DNA from: Epiperipatus broadwayi
Lineage: Eukaryota; Animalia; Onychophora
DNA length: 64,000 nucleotides
Direction: 5' to 3'
Assembly (NCBI GenBank): GCA_028023455.1
Contig: JAQFVV010000003.1
Location: forward strand, 31,124,001-31,188,000
Numbering within the stretch: position 1 is the stretch's first letter; each line of letters begins with the position of its first letter. The position numbers were made by a program, and so were the translations under genes. Positions 24,901 through 36,784 of the stretch are shown here, one piece after another. The notes under the pieces were generated by a model. It searched no databases, was not told the DNA's origin, and worked only from the letters and a program-made list of their open reading frames with translations.

Positions 24901-26880
24901 TAGTAAGATGACTGGATAGGGGGATGATGAAAGCAGTGAGTTGATATTGAATATCATATTTGTGCTTACTATAAGAGCAGGTGGTATGTAAATAAGTATT
25001 ATAGTAAGAGTAATAATGTGATTGTGAAATGTGACAATAAGCAACTTTTGCATCTATGTATATTATTCTAAGTAATAAAAAAGGCACTTTCGAGATATGA
25101 CTAATACAATGCTGCCTGATGGTGATGCTGATCCTCTTGAACTGGCACAAAAGCTTTGCATTCTCAGATAGGATATAGCATCAATCTGAGATCTATTATA
25201 TATTTTTGTTTCTAGAAGATGAAGTATGTGAGGTTGTGTAATTCATATACACTTATTTAGTTGATAGTTTTTTAAAGCTCCTATATTTAGCTGAATATCA
25301 GGTTATATATGAGAGGAATGCTTATTATAAGGGTTAAGGCTTGAGTGATAGATTTGACAGCTATTAGTAGTTACGTATGGTTTAATTTTTTGGACTTAGT
25401 ACTGTTTTCTAAGGCTGTTAATTTGGTTTCATTTTAGTAGTCTTTCAGCATGCAGAGGATATTGTGTGTCTGCTTCTATAGTACCATTTTTAGATGATAT
25501 CTCAGGAATTTGAACTTGGTTCATTAGAGATTGTGCTTAGGATTAATGACTTCTATGAGTATTGCATCATCTTGTCAGGCTCTGGATGGACTAGCATTGT
25601 GATTGAGTATTTTTGTCTTTTTGGTTTCTTAATTTTTTCATGATCTACCAGTTTTTTTTTAATAGGGATATCTGAGGGACTGCTTTCAATAAGTGGAAGG
25701 CATGGTGTCAGAAAGTTCATAATATTATTAGATGTCTTTTTTACTATAAAAGAAGTATCTTGATGGCTGTGAATTGGTGCTCCAATTGGCTCAGTGTCTA
25801 TACAGTATTTATCTATCGAGACATGTTTCCGGCAAAAATTATGATCAACAATTAGACTGGTGGTCACAGTAATTTGATCTGTTGAGAGAATTATTAGTTG
25901 CACATTTTCACTTGTGGGGAAACTTCTATGAAATCTAGCAGGTTGATGATTATCATATATTTGCTCATGTGCAGTGTTATCAATGGTAGCTTTATTTTCA
26001 TTTTCATTATGAATACATTAGAGTGTGTTGCTACCTACTTGATCACATTGTAAGCATCAAGCAGTAATACAATTGGTGGTTGTATGACCAGGATACCATA
26101 GGATGGAGTAGCATTATGGCTTTATGTCTCTTATATAGTGATAAAACATGGCATCTTGGTCCATAATCTGTGTGGATATGGCAGTTAGTTCAATGCCTTT
26201 GTTTAGTTTAACCTTGAATTCAAAGTTGTTTCTATAAATGAGATGGGGATATCAAAGGATAAATGAGATGGGGATATCAAAGGCTCCATTAGTTTTTGAA
26301 AAACTTGAATAGTATATGTGGGGTATGTGTTCTTTAATATCTCTGTTATAAAGTTCTGATGATTTTCATCCATGGTGATTAATGCAAAGTTGCCAAATGT
26401 TTTAAAGTGTCTCTTTTCATTTGAGTCATGAAACTCAATGAAAAGATATCTTGGCTAGGAGTAGTCAGCTAGGCAGCATACATCATCCCATATGTTGTTT
26501 TGGTTAAGAGATTCATATAATAATGCTGTTGGAAAGCAGTACAGTAAACTATATGAGTCAGTGGCAGACAAAACTATTGATCTACCAGAGAAAAAGTGTT
26601 AAAATGTATCATAGAGCCCTAAGGAATAGTATTACTGAACTTTTCAGCAGTATTCTCAAACATGTCTGCTGTCCATATCACAGGGTGGGGGGAGCAGGTT
26701 TTTCTTCATTATTTTGATTTATTAAATCAAGGTTTTCCATGTCAGTTGATGTATTTTTTTTAAATCTTGAGATTGGCTTTGTGATTGAAGTATGAAGATT
26801 GCTTTTAGTTATGTTACTATAGGAATTTTTTAAAATAACAGCATTGTTTAAAGCTGAACTTGTATAACACTAGTGGCAGC
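21986..26880 (-). mobile_element. Near full-length decayed two-ORF non-LTR retrotransposon (Jockey/I-group-like)
   Basis: Minus strand: decayed CCHC-like ORF1 (~25950-26110, CYS...GHTTTNC...CLQC), APE fragment (IILIYIPP...PVILLGKFN, 24826-25053), RT fragment (MDDITIF, 23251-23433), (TAA)n-like tail at 21986-22017. Confidence 0.75.
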
Positions 26881-28007
26881 CATTTTAATTGTTTCTCATT
26901 ATGTGAATGAAAATGATTTTAGATATATATACACACAATAATTTATCAAATTTCTGAAATATGCTAATTTTTTAAGGTTTTTGTTTTTTTGAAAGATTAA
27001 AAATTACCTTTAACAATAGTGTTGATGGTTGAAAATAAAAAGATTCAGCTAGAGATCTAGTTATCAAGCAGATAAGACAAACTTTGCTGCTGAACTTTGT
27101 TACTATTATTATTATTATTACTGATATGTTGATACCAATGTTAATATGTATCTTGATTTATTTAAATGTAATAGAAAAGAAATAATGGAGAAATACTATT
27201 AACGTTGATAAAATCTCTTGTTGTTGTTGTTGTTGTTGTACTTCCAAGTAAAATAAAAAATGAACGTAAGCACAAATACTTATATATATATTATAATAGT
27301 TGGATATGGATAGAAAGATAAACATTTAAAATTTTAATTGAATTAATTCATACATACCTTAATATATTGAGTAGTAGAAAAAATGACGAATATCTTATAT
27401 TAACATTTTACATGTTTATTTATATAGAAAATGAGGGATCTTGAAAGTCAAATGACAATAAAATGCTAATTACTAGGTTAAAAATAAAATGGATCCAAAC
27501 AGCTTTAAGGAATTATATGAATTTTGATTATGTATCTTTATAAAGATGTCAAAATATTATCTAATTGGCATGATGGAAGAAAAATAAGAGTAATTCACAA
27601 TAAATTTAAATGTGTAAATAAATTTTAGGTTTACGTGAAGTTATTTATATATAATTATCAATATCATGTTAAACATTCAGATTGTCAGTTAATAAATTTA
27701 TTTATTTAAATTATTATTTAAAATGAAACTGTGCAGTAATTTTTTAAATATTAATTTATCCACATTTCTATATATATATTTCTGTTGTTTCTTTTTTAAT
27801 AAAAAATTCTGTTTCATATTTGTTTTAAAGTATATTTAATTTTTTTATTTCTCTCTTTAATCCGTCTTATTATTTGGTCACACACAAACACATTCATATA
27901 TTTATATATAAAGATCTATACTACAGAGGTTAGCACTCGTATTTATTATTCATGTAACCTGATTTCAAATCCCGCGAAACTTGGATGTTGTCTTAGGTAT
28001 ACTAAAA

Positions 28008-28130
28008 GATTTTCAAGACAACATAAATAACTTCTCAGAATTTCTTTATAGAAAACTAATACTCCTAGAAAACTCGTTAACTTCATTAGTTTTCTATAAA
28101 GAAATTCTGAGAAGTTATTTGTCCTGAAAT
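28008..28130. repeat. Small palindrome with decayed F5-like hammerheads in both arms
   Basis: Arms ~28008-28060 and 28085-28130. Outward-reading CTGAGAAGTTATTT(ATGTT)GTC(C/T)TGAAA resembles F5 CTGAGGAAGGTATTTGATATTGTCCTGAAA. Confidence 0.65.
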
Positions 28131-28194
28131 ATAATATTTAAAGCTATTTTGCTTTTTTTTGCATATTTATATATATATATTTATTTACATGTGC

Positions 28195-28439
28195 CAATAA
28201 ACATCACATGACCACCACCTCTTATGCTTGTGTATAACTGTTGTTAAAACAAGCAAAACTCACTATATATATATATTGCTACACACAACAAGCTAGAGTA
28301 ATCAATGGATGCCAGAACGCTTGTGCATAAAATTCCCATCTAGTGCCTACTCATCCAATATCCCCAGACTAGTTTCTGGCATCCGTTGATTACTCTAGCT
28401 TGTTGTATGTGGCAATATATATTGTGAGTTTTGCCTGAT
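28195..28439. mobile_element. F1 copy, fold-back insertion with 14-bp TSD
   Basis: Minus-strand F1 3' part 28195-28380 joined, at a TTCTGGC microhomology inside the hammerhead, to a plus-strand F1 3' part ending at 28439. TTATTTACATGTGC is duplicated at 28181-28194 and 28440-28453. Confidence 0.85.
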
Positions 28440-28574
28440 TTATTTACATGTGCATGTATTTCTAAACATACTTCATAGAGCAATTAAGCCAATACTTTCC
28501 TCCAAAAATCATTTGTTAATAAGCCTGAAAATAATGTCACACCTTCTTGTATCAATTACAATCTATTGATTAGA

Positions 28575-28615
28575 CTGGGGGGTCGGCAAACTATAGCTCG
28601 TGAGACAAATGTGGG
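28575..28615 (+). mobile_element. Isolated hAT-MITE-like terminus
   Basis: CTGGGGGGTCGGCAAACTATAGCTCGTGAGACAAAT resembles hAT/Charlie-type 5' ends (CAGGGGTCGGCAAAC...); no matching 3' TIR found. Confidence 0.35.
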
Positions 28616-29640
28616 TTTTTGATTCCAATCTCAAGACAAACACATTCATTTTTTTAATTTCCTCTTATAAATTTATAAATAAATATTTTGATAACTCTAG
28701 CTAGGAGAGGAAAATGTGTATTACAATGTTGTCATTTGAATTCAGTCTTACTATAGTGTTATACTCAATATTTAAATATTAGAAATTTCTGAATAAATCA
28801 AACTGTTTAAGTAATTTATTTATTTATTCATCTTTAAGAGAAATTTTATTTTCCCTAGAATATACATAGATTCTATTATGTCCTATTACTAAAATAAATG
28901 TTGAAATATATCCACAGCCATTCAGAAATTCATATTTTTCAGGAACATATTTTTCACCTCTTTCCTTGTTTCTCTTTAATTCTTTAATTAATGGAGGGAA
29001 GTGAGAGAGATTTAAATAAAATGGCCCTTCATGTTAAATTATGCTGACTCCACTGACTTCCACTTTATTACATGGTTAATAAATCAAACACTGATTCTTC
29101 AAAAAAGTGAAACATATAAGTAGCAATTTTTGTAATATTATTCAAGTCAGTTAGCGCTTCAAATAGATGAAATTCTAATAATTTTAAAAAGTCTGTAAAT
29201 AAATTATCACTACAATGCTGAAAATATAAATTAATTCATGGAGTAACTAAGTTCAAATAATTACTACAACAATTCACAAATTAGATTCCCTAAGAATTAT
29301 TTTTTAATAAATTTGAATATCAATCTATTTGTTAGATAAAAGATTTTGCTCTGTGAATACATTTATATTCTCAGCATTACATATTTAATAGCCATAATTT
29401 ACTTACAATCTTGTTAAAATTATTGCTTGAAATTGTAATCTGGGCTTGATTCATATTACAAAAATCACTGCTGGTAAAAAAAAAAAAAGTTTTTTTTTTA
29501 ATATCAGTATTAGATTTATTTATTATATAATAATGAAATGGTCTGGTCTTTTGCCTAATCAATAGATTGACATTGATATTTATATAATAATAATGAAATC
29601 GTATATCACATGACCTATATAGCTTGCATATACCAATATG

Positions 29641-29858
29641 TAATATAAAGAGCATTTCAATAGCTCTAAACAAGCTTTTTTTAAAATCATAAATGCTACA
29701 AGAGAAAGCATTCAAATCATCTTTATCTAGGTTATAGCTCGAAACCCGATCTGGGGATGGGGTCAATCCTAGATAAAGATGATTTGAACGCTTTCTCTTG
29801 TAGCATTTATCATTTTAAAAAAAGCTTGTTTAGAACTATTGAAACGATCTTTATATTA
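29641..29858. mobile_element. Palindromic insertion related to F2, with the 3' half of a hammerhead in the spacer
   Basis: Arms 29641-29731 and 29768-29858. Spacer TTATAGCTC GAAA CCCGA TC TGGGGA parallels F2 GCT GAAA ACCATGG TC TGGAGG, and the downstream sequence is homologous to F2. Confidence 0.8.
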
Positions 29859-30756
29859 TATTATATATATAAAAAATATTATATTATATATATAATGGGA
29901 AATTTATTTTCAAGTTTACGAGAACACAATTTTTTGGGAATATGATTTGTGAATAATTGCTGTAACATAATCTGATTTAGTTACTATATAAATGTTTATA
30001 TTTTCAGAATTACATATTTAAAAGTCATAATTTATTTATGGGCTTATTAAAATTATTCAAATATGTTTGCATACATATATAAAAAAAACCTTTTAAGGCA
30101 GTAATAATGTATACATTCACTCTGATGATTTGGGCTTTAATCATCATAGGATGAGCAAACTAATTTTTTTCAGCTTAATTAGATTTATATTATCAGAAAG
30201 TAAAATAAAGGTTTTTAAAAAAAGGTTTAAACTTTCACCATCCATTATTTGGCAGCTTGATTAGTAGAAGCTTTAAATTGAATGATTTGAATATATATAA
30301 TAGTATAATAATGAAATGCAATTTATAATTACAATAATATATGTGTAATTGGGTAAACTATTTTTTTTTTCAAATTCTAAATATAAATTTTTATATTTTC
30401 ATAAATTAATTAAATTTTATGTTTGTTAAACAGAAAATAATATCTGGATTTTTTTTTTTTTTTTTAGTTTTGTGTGTGTGTGTTTTTATAACCAACTCTA
30501 AAAGTATACAAAGATTTTAAAGTCAGTTTTAAATCAGATGTTAGTTGGAGTTTTGTAATTTTAGTAGAATTGTGAAGAATTTTAGTTTGCAGCAAGAAAA
30601 GTCATCACTGAACAGTAAACTTGTTTTAAATATATTTTGTAGTTTAATACTGGCAGTTTTTTATATACATGGGTTTTAAAATCATACTTGATTAAAAAAA
30701 TTTTGGTTCATTTTATCAGTATTATCTTGTTCATGGTTTTATGCCATCAAACTCAA

Positions 30757-31181
30757 TAAACATCATATGATCACCATTTCGTATGCTAGCTCTTAACTGT
30801 TATTAAAACAGGCAAAACACTCTATATGTATTGCCACTCAGTGCAAGCCAGGTAATCAATGGATGCCAGAAGGCTTGTGCATAAAATCCCCATCTAGAAG
30901 CTAATGAGTTTGGATTGAAAATATTGTGGTGTTTTCAATTTAAGTCTCATAGATTTGTAGTTAAGTAGAGATAAAAGGTGGCTGCTGGAGGGTTGCATTA
31001 GATCTTAAGATCTAGATGCAGTACTCTCAGATCCAAGGCCCCTCACTGACGAAGGTCACAATAGTCTGGGGATATTGGATGAGTAGATGCTAGATGGGGA
31101 TTTTATGCACAAGCCTTCTGGCATCCATTGATTACTCTGGCTTGCACTGAGTGACAATATGTCTAGTGTTTTGCCTGTTTT
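30757..31181. mobile_element. F1 copy, fold-back configuration
   Basis: Minus-strand 3' part 30757-30897, then plus-strand copy 30898-31181. Its hammerhead (31039-31072) keeps CTGACGA but has lost GCCAGAAAC. Confidence 0.85.
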
Positions 31182-31718
31182 TATATCATCAACTGAATTT
31201 TTTATCTTCAAATTTTCAACAGGCTTAAATAAAAATCTTTAAAGAGACATTATATAAAAAAGTCATCAACTATTTCTTGGTAAATGCTAAATTACTATTC
31301 AAATATCATGAACACAATTACAGTTGACTCTATTGACAAATCAAAATGAAATGAAATAAAAATTAATAACAAATATTATAAATTCCTATATTAGAAAAGT
31401 CAAGTCTTGAAAGTTAGAAATATTTCTACACTATTTACTTTCTTTGTTAGAAATCTAAATGAGTTATGAAACTTATGTTATTAATATGTATATTCTATTG
31501 TTTATTATTTTATTCACATGATATCGACATAAATTATCTTTTTCTTTGATGAGAGATAATTGTGTCAAAATATTTTTTTAAATCCTGACCTATTTAATAA
31601 TGGTAATCCTTAAATGTCTTTAGCAATGTAATTCATTCAGCTATCTCTGTCAGATCTTAGTTTTTGGATCATGATCTAGTCTTAATTTAAAATTTGGTAT
31701 ACTTTTTTCTATTTCTAT

Positions 31719-32064
31719 TATTACATTCAAATATCAGCCTTTCAAGCTAATTGTGCACGCACTTTGTGGGTGTTAATAATAAATGAGTACTTTCCTTTCC
31801 AATACAAGATATAGTATTTATGCAGGAATAAAATGAATCCACTTATTTCTACAACTCAAATGCTTATATATGAGAAAATCTGCTTTCCTTGCCAGTACTT
31901 TAGATTTGCTCATATTTAAGCATTTGAGTTGTAGGAATAAGTGGATTAATTTTATTCCTGCATAAATACTATATCTTGTATTGGAAAGGAAAGTATTCAT
32001 TTATTATTAACACTCGCAAAGCGTGTGCACAATTAGCTGGAAAGGCTGATATTTGAATGTAATA
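31719..32064. repeat. 346-bp palindrome (163-bp arms, 20-nt spacer); MITE or fold-back of unknown family
   Basis: 31719-31881 is the reverse complement of 31902-32064 with few mismatches; both ends are TA; no hammerhead core in either orientation. Confidence 0.9.
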
Positions 32065-33072
32065 CAATTATAAACACAGCGCTATATAAAAATAAATGCC
32101 TATTCCTATTATGTAAATTAAAATAGACAACTTATATATTAATTATTATTAATTAATTAAAAATTATTTTATTAACTTTTTAGCAAAATTTTTATTATAA
32201 AATCCTAATTATGCCTGGATTTAGCAACTGGGGTTTGTTTTATATATATATTGTAATCCTCACATCTGAGTATAGAGTTGTTGTTTTTATGTGAGTATTT
32301 TTTTTTATTATGTATAACAAAATATTAAAAGTTATATATATAGAATAAATTTTAATATGGTTTTCAAATGTAAAAATAAATACAAATATATTATATTTTT
32401 TTTATTTTAAAATAATATTATGATTTTATAAAACAAACATTACTATAAAAACCAGTCACAAATGGCTGAAGGGGAAAATAAAAATGTTGTTATGGGAACC
32501 AACAGAGGCTTTCTAAAATTGTCTGCAATTCAAGAAACAGTGGGAATTGTAATCACTTCATCATCATGTCTTTTACTGTATAGAAGTCAATAAAATTTTA
32601 TAGGGATTGTAAAGCTAATATCATGCATTTTATGGAATAGAAAACCCTCCAGAATACTTTCCCTGATCTTTCCATCACTGTAGCTGAATATAGAGCTGTG
32701 GGCAAAGAAATGTCTTAAAAATTAACTTTGATTCTGCTGATCTATTCATCACTATTCAATGCTGAAGAAATATATGATATTTATTTGCCACAACAGAAAA
32801 ACTAGTCATCTAAAGTGATTATCCCATATAAATGTACTTCTATAAATTAATCTACAAATCTACCTATTTTAAATGCTCAGAAACAACTGCAATGGAAAGA
32901 CTCTCAGGAAAAATTCCACAGAATATACCAAGAGAAGCTAAAAGATTACATTACCATCAGACATTAAAATTTAATGATTAATAACCATATTCCCACATTT
33001 ACAGACACTATATATATATATGTCATATTATTATTACTATTTGTGGGATATTATGTGTAGTGAAAAAGCTAA

Positions 33073-33116
33073 ATGCTGATGTTTCAGTACAATATCAAGT
33101 ACGTTCCTCAGAGCAT
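33073..33116 (-). ncRNA. Type I hammerhead ribozyme (F5, left arm)
   Basis: Minus strand ATGCT CTGAGGA AC GTAC-TTGATATT-GTAC T GAAA CA TC AGCAT: perfect stem I, both cores intact, helix III ACAT (from ACGT). Confidence 0.72.
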
Positions 33117-33224
33117 CCTCTTTCTCAAATCATAAGAATGCGTGTGAGATTTAAAATCATTTTTATCATTTTCTTTCTCCTCATATTTAAATCTCACATA
33201 CATTCTTATGATTTGAGAAAGAGG

Positions 33225-33268
33225 ATGCTCTGAGGAAGGTATTTGATATTGTCCTGAAATGTCAGCAT
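33225..33268 (+). ncRNA. Type I hammerhead ribozyme (F5, right arm)
   Basis: ATGCT CTGAGGA AGG-TATTTGATATTGT-CCT GAAA TG TC AGCAT: perfect stem I, both cores intact, GUC triplet, helix III ATGT (from ACGT). Confidence 0.78.
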
Positions 33269-33412
33269 TTAGCTTTTTCACTCCATGGGATATCCTGCAA
33301 ATAGTAATAATAATATGGCATCTTTTATCTGTGTAATATTAGAATTAACATATATATATATATATATATATATTATAATGGTTGACAGAACCTCCCTAAT
33401 CTAATCTGACAT

Positions 33413-35010
33413 ACCAGGGCACCACCAGGCCATTTGAACCTGGAAAATTTATATAGTAGGCAGATATGCAAGGACAGGTTATTCTTTTATTGAACTGAAA
33501 ACACCAGTCACTAGCTCAGGCAGAAGCTGAGCTTAAAGTAACACACTGTATATTCAAATTTCTAATTCTGAATTTTAAATATTATTAATAAAATATATAA
33601 AATAACTTACTGCCAAAATTAATTCAACAAAACATTTTATTATAATGCACACACACACATTAAAAAGGAAAATTCTTGAAATTAAATTATATAATAAATA
33701 TATTTCATTTAAATCATATGCACAGATGGAAGCGTTTAATAGATTTAAATACAATTTTTAATATTTTAATAAGCATGAATATCCTACATAGAATACGCAT
33801 ACAACCAACCCAATCCCTTTTAATCTTACACTAAAATCTCACATTTAAACCAATGCTAGCTTACTGGTATACTGATGTGACCAATGCAAACTGAGATTAT
33901 TAGCATAACACAAACACGCTAACAGGAATTTACATCTGTAACATATCATTAGAGAAATAATGAAACATGGTGGGAAGGAATGTGCATCTTCCCCATGATC
34001 ATTAACAAACCTCACCAACTGACAGGAATGATCCACTTTCAATTGGTGATGCAAGAATGAAATTATGTGAAATATATATACAAGAAGAGATGCTCTGCAA
34101 AAGGGGCTAGAGGATTTGCTGGCTTATTGTACCAGTCAGAGCATAAGAAATTCAATAGCATAGGAAATACTCTATGACCATTACAACGTGATGACTACAC
34201 TTTTGGGTCATACGTTCAGGTTGGTATTATGCCCTGTATGCTAATGTGATACAAGGGAACAAGTATCCAATGCACCTACTCTGATTACATTGACATAAAA
34301 CATCCATACATCTATCCACCAGCACTGATCTAACTGCAAAACAATTAGCCCAAAATTAACACACTTAAACTAACAGTCTTACGAATATATGCAGCCATTT
34401 ATGCATATATTTTTAAATTATTAATTTAAACAAAATTTACGAGAATGGAAATGATATAAAACACATATATAAAATATAATAAATAATTTAAAATTTTAAT
34501 CAGATAAGAGCGAGATTTCGTTTAACAGTTAAGTGACATTTAAAATACTTGAAAAGTCTGCATTATATAATTAATGTTCATACTTTATTTAAAAGAAAAG
34601 TTTATACTTTCCAATGCTGTAAATTTATTGAGGTCCATCTTTGATGATCTATAATGCATGGTAGAAATAAAAAGATCTTTCCATTTCATATTGTTCTAGG
34701 TGGAGACGAGTCTGTTGCTGGAACCATTGTACTCTGGAGGACACCTCAGCTGCTGCAGACACAGGAAACATAAATTATTGCTGACCCCTACATTTTGGAG
34801 ATCCGCAACACACTTATATATTTAAATAACTTGCAATCAGCAAGAGCAATCCAAATCTGAATCCCAACTTCAAAGTTTTCTTTTTATATCCCTGTGAATT
34901 CTTATCAGCAAATTCCAGGATCGGTCTTACCTGGCTTGACTTTTCTCTGTGGACCATGTGCTTATTTCTATTGCTATTGGTTAGCTTTTTTTTAGAGCAG
35001 GAACTCAAAA
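33413..35010. repeat. Copy B of the diverged segment paralogous to 6995-8390
   Basis: Same ordered blocks as copy A. Minus-strand acceptor TTGTTTTGCAG| at 34334-34336, AATAAA at 33636-33641, TATA-like TATATAAG near 34815-34822. Confidence 0.65.
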
Positions 35011-35276
35011 TTTTATTACTAGTATTTTTAATTTATCTTCTATTTGACTTTACACCCAAGGACCTGTTTACAATTACTGTCAATATAGAAAATCATTTCC
35101 ATTCTAAGATTAAAATAACTAATTAACAACTTGTTTTTAGATTTTAAATTTTAAAGAATTATATAACTAGTTTGCCATCTGTGCATTATATATTTAAATA
35201 AAATTATTAAATTCTCTTTATATACATATACTTCTACTTTTATTTGAAAGAAATGTAATGGCATATACTTATTCCG

Positions 35277-35679
35277 TTACAATATATAAATAATAATAAT
35301 AACGGTAACAAACTATTATAAACAATTCTAAAATTTGCAGAAGTACTTTCGGTGAATTCTTGAACCTGCCTCAGCTGCCATTAAAATTCAAAAAGAAAAC
35401 AAAGTGGAAGCAAACGTCATCAATTCAAATTCCAGGAATCTCGTATTTTAATGTTAGCAGATTGCCTATTTATTAAATGCATTTTATTCCTATTTATAAA
35501 AATTGCCTCTTTAATTTTTCTTTTATTATGGTTTCTCTCCTCATGAAGAATTTTCACATTTTCAAAATCAAATTTAAATTTATATTTACATGTTTTTTCA
35601 TGATCAAAGAAAACTGAAGGAGAATTTTAGGATTGTTTATAATAGTTTGTTACCGTTATTATTATTATTTTTATTGTAA
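35277..35679. repeat. ~400-bp segment bounded by ~58-bp inverted repeats (MITE-like)
   Basis: 35277-35335 and 35623-35679 are reverse complements (AATAATAATAACGGTAACAAACTATTATAAACAAT.CTAAAATT). Confidence 0.65.
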
Positions 35680-36784
35680 TTACAATTTTGTTTTAATTAA
35701 CGGACATTTTATTTTTATATTATATATGAACTCACAAAGACATTAAATTAATCAACTGAACTTTTTATAGCTATCCTCAAAGAGTTATTGTAAATTACTT
35801 GAAATTTTTTTCCCTCTCACATATGATTTCCATATAATTCTTTTAATTGTAAATATGTAAATACATTTTTATTATCATTATTATCATATAATTCTGTTCT
35901 TTAATTAAAGTTATTGTTGTTGCTAATCATTTTATTGTTTGTCATTTCTCATCCAAACCCAAGCTGATTATTTATTTCATTAATATAATAAAATATTAGG
36001 TGGAGGAATAACAATCATGAAATATAATTAAATCTATGTGGAACTTGTTTTTATATGGGTTCAATTTGATCATTGCTTGTCTAGTATTGACTTGTCAATT
36101 AAAAATAATTTGTATGTAGTCACTCACTATGCACACAGTCACCCTTTAGTTATCTTTAGATTTCCCTAGATAAAAATTAATTTGCTGAATATTGTATTTT
36201 TTTTTCATTTTATTATTAACTTTGATTATTACCAATAGCAAAAGAGCAGTTATTGTTACTATATATATATACACACACTCATTTAGTTGTCTATTGTATC
36301 AATTAGTCAACTTTTTATAGTTATCCTGCCATAATAAAACAAATTAAGTTATTTTTAAATTATAAAATAAAACTGGACAGAATGTTTATAAAAAATTCTA
36401 TTACAGATTTATAATATCTGGAGATCTAACTCTTTACCCCTCACATTTATTTCCATTATTTATATTTCAATTTAATTGTATAAGCTGGTATAGATTAATA
36501 ATTTAGCATTTGTTTAATTTACTAGACATATTTTTATTACAAGAATCAAGTATTTACAACTGATTTTATTTGAATTGAGTAAAATATTGATTATGCCTTG
36601 AGTCAGATTGTCTTATGTAACAAAATGTGTTGTCTTTTACATTAGCATACTTGTATATAAATATCTATATTTATAACTATAACTAGATTATTCAGAAAAT
36701 AGGATTTTTTTTTTAAAGCATTACTCAATCTCAGAGAATATATATATAATATTATAAATTGATGTCTGTATTTCTTCAAAGCAA

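Larger units (their letters stand above)
33020..33321. mobile_element. Palindromic insertion (family F5) with a hammerhead in each arm
   Basis: Arms 33020-33155 and 33186-33321 with a 30-nt spacer; 3' ends point outward. Confidence 0.88.

Noticed and set aside
32462-32990. Coding-like patch (MAEGENKNVVMG...; QWKDSQEKFHRIYQEKLK)
   Set aside because: Multiple stops and no recognisable motif; possibly a DNA-transposon relic, but unsupported.
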